Below are positions 62,782-64,000 of a stretch of 64,000 nt of DNA, piece by piece. The stretch is from Octopus bimaculoides. Its lineage: Eukaryota. Position 1 is the first letter of the stretch; each line of letters opens with the position of its first letter. The translations under genes and the position numbers were made by a program. The stretch lies in NCBI RefSeq assembly GCF_001194135.2, contig NC_068986.1, positions 73,578,237 through 73,642,236 of the forward strand, read 5' to 3'. The notes beneath the pieces are model-generated. The model searched no databases. It was given only the letters and a program-made list of their open reading frames with translations, and was not told where the DNA came from.

Positions 62782-63088
62782 CACACACAACGCACACACA
62801 CACACACACATACACACACACACATCTGTATGTGTGTGTGTTATTTTGACAGCATGTGATAGTTGTAAATAAGTGTCACTGTCACACAAGCAGTGTCATT
62901 CATCTCCAATATTCTGTGAGAATATATCTGGCCATGAGGAAGTATTACTTTGCTTCAAAACATGTGAGGGTTGGAAATAGGAAGGGCATCCAGCTGTAGA
63001 ATATCTATTCAACCTGTGCAAGAAAAAAAAGTAGACGTTAAATGATGATGATGATGATGAAGATGTTGCTGATGATGATGATGATATT
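62588..63088 (+). mobile_element. SINE with family A head and RTE-type tail
   Basis: A family A-type head and microsatellite are followed by the tail seen at 11105-11370, ending gacgttaaatgatgatg. Confidence 0.75.
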
Positions 63089-63664
63089 CATGTGAAACTT
63101 ACATAAAAAATTCTTTTGTTTTGCTGTTAAACTATTGCTTTTGAACAGTTTTTAGAAACTTAGTAAATTATTTCAAATTTGTTAGGAGACAAAATTTATC
63201 ACACAGTCGAGATGTTTCCTCACCTCTAGTTCAGTTAGTTTCCCATTAATATACAACAGATAGGGGGTACCTGTGATAAAGGTATACCAATAAAAAGATG
63301 AAAGGCAGAAATTGTTCAATCATCTCATACATTATTCATAATCATTGATTGATAGTAAAAGACTGATGAACAGTGATACAATGTTCTTAAATTCTCTCCT
63401 AGCAATGAAACCATCGAAATGTGGTGTCATAAATTGCCCAAATGTTGCTAATTAAATAATTTGTAATTATATAAATTACTATTGTTAAAAGTTTAAATTT
63501 CAAATTTAAACTGTTTGTCAGTTTAAAATACCACTTTTAACATTAAATATATTCAGTTTAAATATAAACAGACTTTGAAAAAATAAAAAACTTATTAACT
63601 TTACCTCTATTTCTATTTTCAGAAAAATAGATATTAGGTGCTTTTCAAATGGGTATATTGTTGA

Positions 63665-63860
63665 AATTTAGGTTGTGGTCTGTCATTCCATCTCTTTGTC
63701 ATTTCCTCTGTGAAGATCACAGTCTGACATCTGTCTTCACCACTTTGTCTCTTGTCTTCTTACTCTTATGCAAGTTCCAGCCGCATTAAGTGTCCAGCTC
63801 TTCTTTACACAACTGTCCTTATCCATACACATCACATGTCCATACCAGTACAGTCTTCTT
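63665..63860 (-). mobile_element. RTE LINE ORF C-terminal fragment
   Basis: Minus strand reads ERRLYWYGHVMCMDKDSCVKKSWTLNAAGTC. Confidence 0.8.
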
Positions 63861-64000
63861 TCAGTACAGTCTTCTTTCAGTACAGTCTTCTTTCAGTACA
63901 GTACTTCTTTCAGTACAGTACTTCTTTCAGTACAGTCTTCTTTCAGTACAGTACTTCTTTCAGTACAGTCTTCTTTCAGTACAGTCTTCTTTCAGTACAC
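63846..64000. repeat. 16/17-bp tandem repeat (CAGTACAGTCTTCTTT)n, running off the window end
   Basis: About 10 near-identical units, with a 17-bp variant CAGTACAGTACTTCTTT. Confidence 0.95.

Overview
Eukaryotic, AT-rich, repeat-saturated draft-assembly sequence with several N gaps. The SINE/LINE repertoire and microsatellite density point to an octopus genome; this is inference from repeat families, not a database match. Only one host coding exon is supported: 7061-7198 (+), the ATG-containing first coding exon of a PLEKHH1/PLEKHH2 (MAX-1)-like gene. No further exon was recognised, so the remaining ~57 kb is probably one large intron. The rest is transposon-derived: at least five SINE families, many 5'-truncated RTE LINE 3' ends, a decayed Tx1/L1 ORF2, CR1-group 3' ends, an internally deleted MULE, Tc1/mariner fragments, hAT- and piggyBac-like MITEs, a 273-bp palindromic MITE, and many micro- and minisatellites. 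The most notable observations are inverted SINE halves bracketing the start-codon exon (circRNA/editing candidate), minisatellites that arose from transposase and reverse-transcriptase coding sequence, an expandable minisatellite inside an RTE 3' UTR, SINE tail swapping, and a probable swap of two contigs at 13.8-16.5 kb. I found no CRISPR array, genuine tRNA or rRNA gene, or clearly novel protein-coding system. Most ORFs in the supplied track are artefacts of dinucleotide repeats, N gaps or antisense TE sequence. TE boundaries are read by eye and approximate unless a TSD is quoted.
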